NCBI GenBank assembly: GCA_964057225.1
Contig: OZ059897.1
Coordinates: forward strand, 21,080,001 to 21,144,000
Length of the DNA stretch: 64,000 nucleotides
DNA from: Auanema rhodensis
Taxonomy: Eukaryota > Animalia > Nematoda
Direction of reading: 5' to 3'
Part shown: positions 39,314 through 53,500 of the stretch, one piece after another
How positions within the stretch are numbered: position 1 is the first letter of the stretch
Layout of the letters: every line of letters begins with the position of its first letter
Position numbers and translations under genes: made by a program
The notes under the pieces: generated by a model
The model's database searches: none
Told to the model about the DNA's origin: nothing
What the model saw: the letters and a program-made list of their open reading frames with translations, nothing else

Positions 39314-42300
39314 AAAAATTAGTTATGATCGTTTGAAAAATGATGCATTAGTGTATGTTGAGTTTCCATGTACACTCAACATTGCTTCCAAAAACATTTT
39401 GACAAAAATTGTTTCGAAAAATTTCAAAATAATTTAGCAAAAAGTAGATGTTTTTAGATTCCTTTTTTCAAGGCAAAGACGATGGACAATGTTATTTAAC
39501 GAAAAAATTAATTCTTCAGGGTGAAAATCGAGGATATAAGTGTGAACTTATATCAGTTGATATCTCGGTGCATTTTTAAGCTAGCGTAAATCTGATAACA
39601 CAAATCGACGCAGCTTAAAAATCCGCATCGAATGCACTATACTACATTGAGAAAAGCTTAATACAAAAATTAGTTATGATCGTTTGAAAAATGATGCATT
39701 AGTGTATGTTGAGTTTCCATGTACACTCAACATTGCTTCCAAAAACATTTTGACAAAAATTGTTTCGAAAAATTTCAAAATAATTTAGCAAAAAGTAGAT
39801 GTTTTTAGATTCCTTTTTTCAAGGCAAAGACGATGGACAATGTTATTTAACGAAAAAATTAATTCTTCAGGGTGAAAATCGAGGATATAAGTGTGAACTT
39901 ATATCAGTTGATATCTCGGTGCATTTTTAAGCTAGCGCAAATCTGATAACACAGATCGACGCAGCTTAAAAATCCGCATCGAATGCACTATACTACATTA
40001 AAAAACGCTTAATACAAAAATTAGTTATGATCGTTTGAAAAATGATGCATTAGTGTATGTTGAGTTTCCATGTACACTCAACATTGCTTCCAAAAACATT
40101 TTGACAAAAATTTTTTCGAAAAATTTCAAAATAATTTAGCAAAAAGTAGATGTTTTTAGATTCCTTTTTTCAAAGCAAAGACGATGGACAATGTTATTCA
40201 ACGAAAAAATTAATTCTTCAGGGTGAAAATCGAGGATATAAGTGTGAACTTATATCAGTTGATATCTCGGTGCATTTTTAAGCTAGCGTAAATCTGATAA
40301 CACAAATCGACGCAGCTTAAAAATCCGGATCGAATGCACTATACTACATTAAGAAACGCTTGATACAAAAATTAGTTATGATCGTTTGAAAAATGATGCA
40401 TTAGTGTATGTTGAGTTTCCATGTACACTCAACATTGCTTCCAAAAACATTTTGACAAAAATTTTTTCGAAAAATTTCAAAATAATTTAGCAAAAAGTAG
40501 ATGTTTTTAGATTCCTTTTTTCAAGGCAAAGACGATGGACAATGTTATTCAACGAAAAAATTAATTCTTCAGGGTGAAAATCGAGGATATAAGAGTGAAC
40601 TTATATCAGTTGATATCTCGGTGCATTTTTAAGCTAGCGCAAATCTGATAACACAGATCGACGCAGCTTAAAAATCCGGATCGATTGCACTATACTACAT
40701 TAAGAAACGCTTGATACAAAAATTAGTTATGATCGTTTGAAAAATGATGCATTAGTGTATGTTGAGTTTCCATGTACACTCAACATTGCTTCCAAAAACA
40801 TTTTGACAAAAATTTTTTCGAAAAATTTCAAAATAATTTAGCAAAAAGTAGATGTTTTTAGATTCCTTTTTTCAAGGCAAAGACGATGGACAATGTTATT
40901 CAACGAAAAAATTAATTCTTCAGGGTGAAAATCGAGGATATAAGTGTGAACTTATATCAGTTGATATCTCGGTGCATTTTTAAGCTAGCGCAAATCTGAT
41001 AACACAGATCGACGCAGCTTAAAAATCCGCATCGAATGCACTATACTACATTGAAGAACGCTTAATACAAAAATTAGTTATGATCGTTTGAAAAATGATG
41101 CATTAGTGTATGTTGAGTTTCCATGTACACTCAACATTGCTTCCAAAAACATTTTGACAAAAATTGTTTCGAAAAATTTCAAAATAATTTAGCAAAAAGT
41201 AGATGTTTTTAGATTCCTTTTTTCAAGGCAAAGACGATGGACAATGTTATTTAACGAAAAAATTAATTCTTCAGGGTGAAAATCGAGGATATAAGTGTGA
41301 ACTTATATCAGTTGATATCTCGGTGCATTTTTAAGCTAGCGCAAATCTGATAACACAGATCGACGCAGCTTAAAAATCCGCATCGAATGCACTATACTAC
41401 ATTAAAAAACGCTTAATACAAAAATTAGTTATGATCGTTTGAAAAATGATGCATTAGTGTATGTTGAGTTTCCATGTACACTCAACATTGCTTCCAAAAA
41501 CATTTTGACAAAAATTTTTTCGAAAAATTTCAAAATAATTTAGCAAAAAGTAGATGTTTTTAGATTCCTTTTTTCAAGGCAAAGACGATGGACAATGTTA
41601 TTTAACGAAAAAATTAATTCTTCAGGGTGAAAATCGAGGATATAAGTGTGAACTTATATCAGTTGATATCTCGGTGCATTTTTAAGCTAGCGTAAATCTG
41701 ATAACACAAATCGACGCAGCTTAAAAATCCGCATCGAATGCACTATACTACATTGAGAAAAGCTTAATACAAAAATTAGTTATGATCGTTTGAAAAATGA
41801 TGCATTAGTGTATGTTGAGTTTCCATGTACACTCAACATTGCTTCCAAAAACATTTTGACAAAAATTGTTTCGAAAAATTTCAAAATAATTTAGCAAAAA
41901 GTAGATGTTTTTAGATTCCTTTTTTCAAGGCAAAGACGATGGACAATGTTATTTAACGAAAAAATTAATTCTTCAGGGTGAAAATCGAGGATATAAGTGT
42001 GAACTTATATCAGTTGATATCTCGGTGCATTTTTAAGCTAGCGCAAATCTGATAACACAGATCGACGCAGCTTAAAAATCCGCATCGAATGCACTATACT
42101 ACATTAAAAAACGCTTAATACAAAAATTAGTTATGATCGTTTGAAAAATGATGCATTAGTGTATGTTGAGTTTCCATGTACACTCAACATTGCTTCCAAA
42201 AACATTTTGACAAAAATTTTTTCGAAAAATTTCAAAATAATTTAGCAAAAAGTAGATGTTTTTAGATTCCTTTTTTCAAAGCAAAGACGATGGACAATGT

Positions 42301-45300
42301 TATTCAACGAAAAAATTAATTCTTCAGGGTGAAAATCGAGGATATAAGTGTGAACTTATATCAGTTGATATCTCGGTGCATTTTTAAGCTAGCGTAAATC
42401 TGATAACACAAATCGACGCAGCTTAAAAATCCGCATCGAATGCACAATACTACATTGAGAAAAGCTTAATACAAAAATTAGTTATGATCGTTTGAAAAAT
42501 GATGCATTAGTGTATGTTGAGTTTCCATGTACACTCAACATTGCTTCCAAAAACATTTTGACAAAAATTTTTTCGAAAAATTTCAAAATAATTTAGCAAA
42601 AAGTAGATGTTTTTAGATTCCTTTTTTCAAAGCAAAGACGATGGACAATGTTATTCAACGAAAAAATTAATTCTTCAGGGTGAAAATCGAGGATATAAGT
42701 GTGAACTTATATCAGTTGATATCTCGGTGCATTTTTAAGCTAGCGCAAATCTGATAACACAGATCGACGCAGCTTAAAAATCCGCATCGAATGCACTATA
42801 CTACATTAAAAAACGCTTAATACAAAAATTAGTTATGATCGTTTGAAAAATGATGCATTAGTGTATGTTGAGTTTCCATGTACACTCAACATTGCTTCCA
42901 AAAACATTTTGACAAAAATTTTTTCGAAAAATTTCAAAATAATTTAGCAAAAAGTAGATGTTTTTAGATTCCTTTTTTCAAAGCAAAGACGATGGACAAT
43001 GTTATTCAACGAAAAAATTAATTCTTCAGGGTGAAAATCGAGGATATAAGTGTGAACTTATATCAGTTGATATCTCGGTGCATTTTTAAGCTAGCGTAAA
43101 TCTGATAACACAAATCGACGCAGCTTAAAAATCCGCATCGAATGCACTATACTACATTGAGAAAAGCTTAATACAAAAATTAGTTATGATCGTTTGAAAA
43201 ATGATGCATTAGTGTATGTTGAGTTTCCATGTACACTCAACATTGCTTCCAAAAACATTTTGACAAAAATTGTTTCGAAAAATTTCAAAATAATTTAGCA
43301 AAAAGTAGATGTTTTTAGATTCCTTTTTTCAAGGCAAAGACGATGGACAATGTTATTTAACGAAAAAATTAATTCTTCAGGGTGAAAATCGAGGATATAA
43401 GTGTAAACTTATATCAGTTGATATCTCGGTGCATTTTTAAGCTAGCGCAAATCTGATAACACAGATCGACGCAGCTTAAAAATCCGCATCGAATGCACTA
43501 TACTACATTGAGAAACGCTTAATACAAAAATTAGTTATGATCGTTTGAAAAATGATGCATTAGTGTATGTTGAGTTTCCATGTACACTCAACATTGCTTC
43601 CAAAAACATTTTGACAAAAATTTTTTCGAAAAATTTCAAAATAATTTAGCAAAAAGTAGATGTTTTTAGATTCCTTTTTTCAAAGCAAAGACGATGGACA
43701 ATGTTATTCAACGAAAAAATTAATTCTTCAGGGTGAAAATCGAGGATATAAGTGTGAACTTATATCAGTTGATATCTCGGTGCATTTTTAAGCTAGCGCA
43801 AATCTGATAACACAGATCGACGCAGCTTAAAAATCCGCATCGAATGCACTATACTACATTAAAAAACGCTTAATACAAAAATTAGTTATGATCGTTTGAA
43901 AAATGATGCATTAGTGTATGTTGAGTTTCCATGTACACTCAACATTGCTTCCAAAAACATTTTGACAAAAATTTTTTCGAAAAATTTCAAAATAATTTAG
44001 CAAAAAGTAGATGTTTTTAGATTCCTTTTTTCAAAGCAAAGACGATGGACAATGTTATTCAACGAAAAAATTAATTCTTCAGGGTGAAAATCGAGGATAT
44101 AAGTGTGAACTTATATCAGTTGATATCTCGGTGCATTTTTAAGCTAGCGTAAATCTGATAACACAAATCGACGCAGCTTAAAAATCCGCATCGAATGCAC
44201 TATACTACATTGAGAAAAGCTTAATACAAAAATTAGTTATGATCGTTTGAAAAATGATGCATTAGTGTATGTTGAGTTTCCATGTACACTCAACATTGCT
44301 TCCAAAAACATTTTGACAAAAATTGTTTCGAAAAATTTCAAAATAATTTAGCAAAAAGTAGATGTTTTTAGATTCCTTTTTTCAAGGCAAAGACGATGGA
44401 CAATGTTATTTAACGAAAAAATTAATTCTTCAGGGTGAAAATCGAGGATATAAGTGTAAACTTATATCAGTTGATATCTCGGTGCATTTTTAAGCTAGCG
44501 CAAATCTGATAACACAGATCGACGCAGCTTAAAAATCCGCATCGAATGCACTATACTACATTGAGAAACGCTTAATACAAAAATTAGTTATGATCGTTTG
44601 AAAAATGATGCATTAGTGTATGTTGAGTTTCCATGTACACTCAACATTGCTTCCAAAAACATTTTGACAAAAATTTTTTCGAAAAATTTCAAAATAATTT
44701 AGCAAAAAGTAGATGTTTTTAGATTCCTTTTTTCAAAGCAAAGACGATGGACAATGTTATTCAACGAAAAAATTAATTCTTCAGGGTGAAAATCGAGGAT
44801 ATAAGTGTGAACTTATATCAGTTGATATCTCGGTGCATTTTTAAGCTAGCGCAAATCTGATAACACAGATCGACGCAGCTTAAAAATCCGCATCGAATGC
44901 ACTATACTACATTAAAAAACGCTTAATACAAAAATTAGTTATGATCGTTTGAAAAATGATGCATTAGTGTATGTTGAGTTTTCATGTACACTCAACATTG
45001 CTTCCAAAAACATTTTGACAAAAATTTTTTCGAAAAATTTCAAAATAATTTAGCAAAAAGTAGATGTTTTTAGATTCCTTTTTTCAAAGCAAAGACGATG
45101 GACAATGTTATTCAACGAAAAAATCATATCTTCAGGGTGAAAATCGAGGATATAAGTGTGAACTTATATCAGTTGATATCTCGGTGCATTTTTAAGCTAG
45201 CGCAAATCTGATAACACAGATCGACGCAGCTTAAAAATCCGCATCGAATGCACTATACTACATTGAGAAACGCTTAATACAAAAATTAGTTATGATCGTT

Positions 45301-48300
45301 TGAAAAATGATGCATTAGTGTATGTTGAGTTTCCATGTACACTCAACATTGCTTCCAAAAACATTTTGACAAAAATTTTTTTCGAAAAATTTCAAGATAA
45401 TTTAGCAAAAAGTAGATGTTTTTAGATTCCTTTTTTCAAGGCAAAGACGATGGACAATGTTATTTAACGAAAAAATTAATTCTTCAGGGTGAAAATCGAG
45501 GATATAAGTGTAAACTTATATCAGTTGATATCTCGGTGCATTTTTAAGCTAGCGCAAATCTGATAACACAGATCGACGCAGCTTAAAAATCCGCATCGAA
45601 TGCACTATACTACATTGAGAAACGCTTAATACAAAAATTAGTTATGATCGTTTGAAAAATGATGCATTAGTGTATGTTGAGTTTCCATGTACACTCAACA
45701 TTGCTTCCAAAAACATTTTGACAAAAATTTTTTCGAAAAATTTCAAAATAATTTAGCAAAAAGTAGATGTTTTTAGATTCCTTTTTTCAAAGCAAAGACG
45801 ATGGACAATGTTATTCAACGAAAAAATTAATTCTTCAGGGTGAAAATCGAGGATATAAGTGTGAACTTATATCAGTTGATATCTCGGTGCATTTTTAAGC
45901 TAGCGCAAATCTGATAACACAGATCGACGCAGCTTAAAAATCCGCATCGAATGCACTATACTACATTAAAAAACGCTTAATACAAAAATTAGTTATGATC
46001 GTTTGAAAAATGATGCATTAGTGTATGTTGAGTTTTCATGTACACTCAACATTGCTTCCAAAAACATTTTGACAAAAATTTTTTCGAAAAATTTCAAAAT
46101 AATTTAGCAAAAAGTAGATGTTTTTAGATTCCTTTTTTCAAAGCAAAGACGATGGACAATGTTATTCAACGAAAAAATCATATCTTCAAGGTGAAAATCG
46201 AGGATATAAGTGTGAACTTATATCAGTTGATATCTCGGTGCATTTTTAAGCTAGCGCAAATCTGATAACACAGATCGACGCAGCTTAAAAATCCGCATCG
46301 AATGCACTATACTACATTGAGAAACGCTTAATACAAAAATTAGTTATGATCGTTTGAAAAATGATGCATTAGTGTATGTTGAGTTTCCATGTACACTCAA
46401 CATTGCTTCCAAAAACATTTTGACAAAAATTTTTTTCGAAAAATTTCAAGATAATTTAGCAAAAAGTAGATGTTTTTAGATTCCTTTTTTCAAGGCAAAG
46501 ACGATGGACAATGTTATTTAACGAAAAAATTAATTCTTCAGGGTGAAAATCGAGGATATAAGTGTAAACTTATATCAGTTGATATCTCGGTGCATTTTTA
46601 AGCTAGCGCAAATCTGATAACACAGATCGACGCAGCTTAAAAATCCGCATCGAATGCACTATACTACATTGAGAAACGCTTAATACAAAAATTAGTTATG
46701 ATCGTTTGAAAAATGATGCATTAGTGTATGTTGAGTTTCCATGTACACTCAACATTGCTTCCAAAAACATTTTGACAAAAATTTTTTCGAAAAATTTCAA
46801 AATAATTTAGCAAAAAGTAGATGTCTTTAGATTCCTTTTTTCAAGGCAAAGACGATGGACAATGTTATTCAACGAAAAAATTAATTCTTCAGGGTGAAAA
46901 TCGAGGATATAAGTGTAAACTTATATCAGTTGATATCTCGGTGCATTTTTAAGCTAGCGCAAATCTGATAACACCGATCGACGCAGCTTAAAAATCCGCA
47001 TCGAATGCACTATACTACATTGAGAAACGCTTAATACAAAAATTAGTTATGATCGTTTGAAAAATGATGCATTAGTGTATGTTGAGTTTCCATGTACACT
47101 CAACATTGCTTCCAAAAACATTTTGACAAAAATTGTTTCGAAAAATTTCAAAATAATTTAGCAAAAAGTAGATGTTTTTAGATTCCTTTTTTCAAGGCAA
47201 AGACGATGGACAATGTTATTTAACGAAAAAATTAATTCTTCAGGGTGAAAATCGAGGATATAAGTGTAAACTTATATCAGTTGATATCTCGGTGCATTTT
47301 TAAGCTAGCGCAAATCTGATAACACAGATCGACGCAGCTTAAAAATCCGCATCGAATGCACTATACTACATTGAGAAACGCTTAATACAAAAATTAGTTA
47401 TGATCGTTTGAAAAATGATGCATTAGTGTATGTTGAGTTTCCATGTACACTCAACATTGCTTCCAAAAACATTTTGACAAAAATTTTTTCGAAAAATTTC
47501 AAAATAATTTAGCAAAAAGTAGATGTTTTTAGATTCCTTTTTTCAAAGCAAAGACGATGGACAATGTTATTCAACGAAAAAATTATATCTTCAGGGTGAA
47601 AATCGAGGATATAAGTGTGAACTTATATCAGTTGATATCTCGGTGCATTTTTAAGCTAGCGCAAATCTGATAACACAGATCGACGCAGCTTAAAAATCCG
47701 CATCGAATGCACTATACTACATTGAGAAACGCTTAATACAAAAATTAGTTATGATCGTTTGAAAAATGATGCATTAGTGTATGTTGAGTTTCCATGTACA
47801 CTCAACATTGCTTCCAAAAACATTTTGACAAAAATTTTTTCGAAAAATTTCAAGATAATTTAGCAAAAAGTAGATGTTTTTAGATTCCTTTTTTTAAGGC
47901 AAAGACGATGGACAATGTTATTTAACGAAAAAATTAATTCTTCAGGGTGAAAATCGAGGATATAAGTGTAAACTTATATCAGTTGATATCTCGGTGCATT
48001 TTTAAGCTAGCGCAAATCTGATAACACAGATCGACGCAGCTTAAAAATCCGCATCGAATGCACTATACTACATTGAGAAACGCTTAATACAAAAATTAGT
48101 TATGATCGTTTGAAAAATGATGCATTAGTGTATGTTGAGTTTCCATGTACACTCAACATTGCTTCCAAAAACATTTTGACAAAAATTTTTTCGAAAAATT
48201 TCAAAATAATTTAGCAAAAAGTAGATGTCTTTAGATTCCTTTTTTCAAGGCAAAGACGATGGACAATGTTATTCAACGAAAAAATTAATTCTTCAGGGTG

Positions 48301-50547
48301 AAAATCGAGGATATAAGTGTAAACTTATATCAGTTGATATCTCGGTGCATTTTTAAGCTAGCGCAAATCTGATAACACAGATCGACGCAGCTTAAAAATC
48401 CGCATCGAATGCACTATACTACATTGAGAAAAGCTTAATACAAAAATTAGTTATGATCGTTTGAAAAATGATGCATTAGTGTATGTTGAGTTTCCATGTA
48501 CACTCAACATTGCTTCCAAAAACATTTTGACAAAAATTGTTTCGAAAAATTTCAAAATAATTTAGCAAAAAGTAGAAGTTTTTAGATTCCTTTTTTCAAG
48601 GCAAAGACGATGGACAATGTTATTTAACGAAAAAATTAATTCTTCAGGGTGAAAATCGAGGATATAAGTGTGAACTTATATCAGTTGATATCTCGGTGCA
48701 TTTTTAAGCTAGCGTAAATCTGATAACACAAATCGACGCAGCTTAAAAATCCGCATCGAATGCACTATACTACATTGAGAAAAGCTTAATACAAAAATTA
48801 GTTATGATCGTTTGAAAAATGATGCATTAGTGTATGTTGAGTTTCCATGTACACTCAACATTGCTTCCAAAAACATTTTGACAAAAATTGTTTCGAAAAA
48901 TTTCAAAATAATTTAGCAAAAAGTAGATGTTTTTAGATTCCTTTTTTCAAGGCAAAGACGATGGACAATGTTATTTAACGAAAAAATTAATTCTTCAGGG
49001 TGAAAATCGAGGATATAAGTGTGAACTTATATCAGTTGATATCTCGGTGCATTTTTAAGCTAGCGCAAATCTGATAACACAGATCGACGCAGCTTAAAAA
49101 TCCGCATCGAATGCACTATACTACATTAAAAAACGCTTAATACAAAAATTAGTTATGATCGTTTGAAAAATGATGCATTAGTGTATGTTGAGTTTCCATG
49201 TACATTCAACATTGCTTCCAAAAACATTTTGACAAAAATTTTTTCGAAAAATTTCAAAATAATTTAGCAAAAAGTAGATGTTTTTAGATTCCTTTTTTCA
49301 AAGCAAAGACGATGGACAATGTTATTCAACGAAAAAATTAATTCTTCAGGGTGAAAATCGAGGATATAAGTGTGAACTTATATCAGTTGATATCTCGGTG
49401 CATTTTTAAGCTAGCGTAAATCTGATAACACAAATCGACGCAGCTTAAAAATCCGCATCGAATGCACTATACTACATTGAGAAAAGCTTAATACAAAAAT
49501 TAGTTATGATCGTTTGAAAAATGATGCATTAGTGTATGTTGAGTTTCCATGTACACTCAACATTGCTTCCAAAAACATTTTGACAAAAATGGTTTCGAAA
49601 AATTTCAAAATAATTTAGCAAAAAGTAGATGTTTTTAGATTCCTTTTTTCAAGGCAAAGACGATGGACAATGTTATTTAACGAAAAAATTAATTCTTCAG
49701 GGTGAAAATCGAGGATATAAGTGTAAACTTATATCAGTTGATATCTCGGTGCATTTTTAAGCTAGCGCAAATCTGATAACACAGATCGACGCAGCTTAAA
49801 AATCCGCATCGAATGCACTATACTACATTGAGAAACGCTTAATACAAAAATTAGTTATGATCGTTTGAAAAATGATGCATTAGTGTATGTTGAGTTTCCA
49901 TGTACACTCAACATTGCTTCCAAAAACATTTTGACAAAAATTTTTTCGAAAAATTTCAAAATAATTTAGCAAAAAGTAGATGTTTTTAGATTCCTTTTTT
50001 CAAAGCAAAGACGATGGACAATGTTATTCAACGAAAAAATTAATTCTTCAGGGTGAAAATCGAGGATATAAGTGTGAACTTATATCAGTTGATATCTCGG
50101 TGCATTTTTAAGCTAGCGCAAATCTGATAACACAGATCGACGCAGCTTAAAAATCCGCATCGAATGCACTATACTACATTAAAAAACGCTTAATACAAAA
50201 ATTAGTTATGATCGTTTGAAAAATGATGCATTAGTGTATGTTGAGTTTTCATGTACACTCAACATTGCTTCCAAAAACATTTTGACAAAAATTTTTTCGA
50301 AAAATTTCAAAATAATTTAGCAAAAAGTAGATGTTTTTAGATTCCTTTTTTCAAAGCAAAGACGATGGACAATGTTATTCAACGAAAAAATTAATTCTTC
50401 AGGGTGAAAATCGAGGATATAAGTGTGAACTTATATCAGTTGATATCTCGGTGCATTTTTAAGCTAGCGTAAATCTGATAACACAAATCGACGCAGCTTA
50501 AAAATCCGCATCGAATGCACTATACTACATTGAGAAAAGCTTAATAC

Positions 50548-53500
50548 AAAAATTAGTTATGATCGTTTGAAAAATGATGCATTAGTGTATGTTGAGTTTC
50601 CATGTACACTCAACATTGCTTCCAAAAACATTTTGACAAAAATTGTTTCGAAAAATTTCAAAATAATTTAGCAAAAAGTAGATGTTTTTAGATTCCTTTT
50701 TTCAAGGCAAAGACGATGGACAATGTTATTTAACGAAAAAATTAATTCTTCAGGGTGAAAATCGAGGATATAAGTGTAAACTTATATCAGTTGATATCTC
50801 GGTGCATTTTTAAGCTAGCGCAAATCTGATAACACAGATCGACGCAGCTTAAAAATCCGCATCGAATGCACTATACTACATTGAGAAACGCTTAATACAA
50901 AAATTAGTTATGATCGTTTGAAAAATGATGCATTAGTGTATGTTGAGTTTCCATGTACACTCAACATTGCTTCCAAAAACATTTTGACAAAAATTTTTTC
51001 GAAAAATTTCAAAATAATTTAGCAAAAAGTAGATGTTTTTAGATTCCTTTTTTCAAAGCAAAGACGATGGACAATGTTATTCAACGAAAAAATTAATTCT
51101 TCAGGGTGAAAATCGAGGATATAAGTGTGAACTTATATCAGTTGATATCTCGGTGCATTTTTAAGCTAGCGCAAATCTGATAACACAGATCGACGCAGCT
51201 TAAAAATCCGCATCGAATGCACTATACTACATTGAGAAACGCTTAATACAAAAATTAGTTATGATCGTTTGAAAAATGATGCATTAGTGTATGTTGAGTT
51301 TCCATGTACACTCAACATTGCTTCCAAAAACATTTTGACAAAAATTTTTTCGAAAAATTTCAAAATAATTTAGCAAAAAGTAGATGTTTTTAGATTCCTT
51401 TTTTCAAAGCAAAGACGATGGACAATGTTATTCAACGAAAAAATTAATTCTTCAGGGTGAAAATCGAGGATATAAGTGTGAACTTATATCAGTTGATATC
51501 TCGGTGCATTTTTAAGCTAGCGCAAATCTGATAACACAGATCGACGCAGCTTAAAAATCCGCATCGAATGCACTAAACTACATTAAAAAACGCTTAATAC
51601 AAAAATTAGTTATGATCGTTTGAAAAATGATGCATTAGTGTATGTTGAGTTTTCATGTACACTCAACATTGCTTCCAAAAACATTTTGACAAAAATTTTT
51701 TCGAAAAATTTCAAAATAATTTAGCAAAAAGTAGATGTTTTTAGATTCCTTTTTTCAAAGCAAAGACGATGGACAATGTTATTCAACGAAAAAATCATAT
51801 CTTCAGGGTGAAAATCGAGGATATAAGTGTGAACTTATATCAGTTGATATCTCGGTGCATTTTTAAGCTAGCGCAAATCTGATAACACAGATCGACGCAG
51901 CTTAAAAATCCGCATCGAATGCACTATACTACATTGAGAAACGCTTAATACAAAAATTAGTTATGATCGTTTGAAAAATGATGCATTAGTGTATGTTGAG
52001 TTTCCATGTACACTCAACATTGCTTCCAAAAACATTTTGACAAAAATTTTTTTCGAAAAATTTCAAGATAATTTAGCAAAAAGTAGATGTTTTTAGATTC
52101 CTTTTTTCAAGGCAAAGACGATGGACAATGTTATTTAACGAAAAAATTAATTCTTCAGGGTGAAAATCGAGGATATAAGTGTAAACTTATATCAGTTGAT
52201 ATCTCGGTGCATTTTTAAGCTAGCGCAAATCTGATAACACAGATCGACGCAGCTTAAAAATCCGCATCGAATGCACTATACTACATTGAGAAACGCTTAA
52301 TACAAAAATTAGTTATGATCGTTTGAAAAATGATGCATTAGTGTATGTTGAGTTTCCATGTACACTCAACATTGCTTCCAAAAACATTTTGACAAAAATT
52401 TTTTCGAAAAATTTCAAAATAATTTAGCAAAAAGTAGATGTTTTTAGATTCCTTTTTTCAAAGCAAAGACGATGGACAATGTTATTCAACGAAAAAATTA
52501 ATTCTTCAGGGTGAAAATCGAGGATATAAGTGTGAACTTATATCAGTTGATATCTCGGTGCATTTTTAAGCTAGCGTAAATCTGATAACACAAATCGACG
52601 CAGCTTAAAAATCCGCATCGAATGCACTATACTACATTGAGAAAAGCTTAATACAAAAATTAGTTATGATCGTTTGAAAAATGATGCATTAGTGTATGTT
52701 GAGTTTCCATGTACACTCAACATTGCTTCCAAAAACATTTTGACAAAAATTGTTTCGAAAAATTTCAAAATAATTTAGCAAAAAGTAGATGTTTTTAGAT
52801 TCCTTTTTTCAAGGCAAAGACGATGGACAATGTTATTTAACGAAAAAATTAATTCTTCAGGGTGAAAATCGAGGATATAAGTGTGAACTTATATCAGTTG
52901 ATATCTCGGTGCATTTTTAAGCTAGCGCAAATCTGATAACACAGATCGACGCAGCTTAAAAATCCGCATCGAATGCACTATACTACATTAAAAAACGCTT
53001 AATACAAAAATTAGTTATGATCGTTTGAAAAATGATGCATTAGTGTATGTTGAGTTTCCATGTACACTCAACATTGCTTCCAAAAACATTTTGACAAAAA
53101 TTTTTTCGAAAAATTTCAAAATAATTTAGCAAAAAGTAGATGTTTTTAGATTCCTTTTTTCAAAGCAAAGACGATGGACAATGTTATTCAACGAAAAAAT
53201 TAATTCTTCAGGGTGAAAATCGAGGATATAAGTGTGAACTTATATCAGTTGATATCTCGGTGCATTTTTAAGCTAGCGTAAATCTGATAACACAAATCGA
53301 CGCAGCTTAAAAATCCGCATCGAATGCACTATACTACATTGAGAAAAGCTTAATACAAAAATTAGTTATGATCGTTTGAAAAATGATGCATTAGTGTATG
53401 TTGAGTTTCCATGTACACTCAACATTGCTTCCAAAAACATTTTGACAAAAATTGTTTCGAAAAATTTCAAAATAATTTAGCAAAAAGTAGATGTTTTTAG

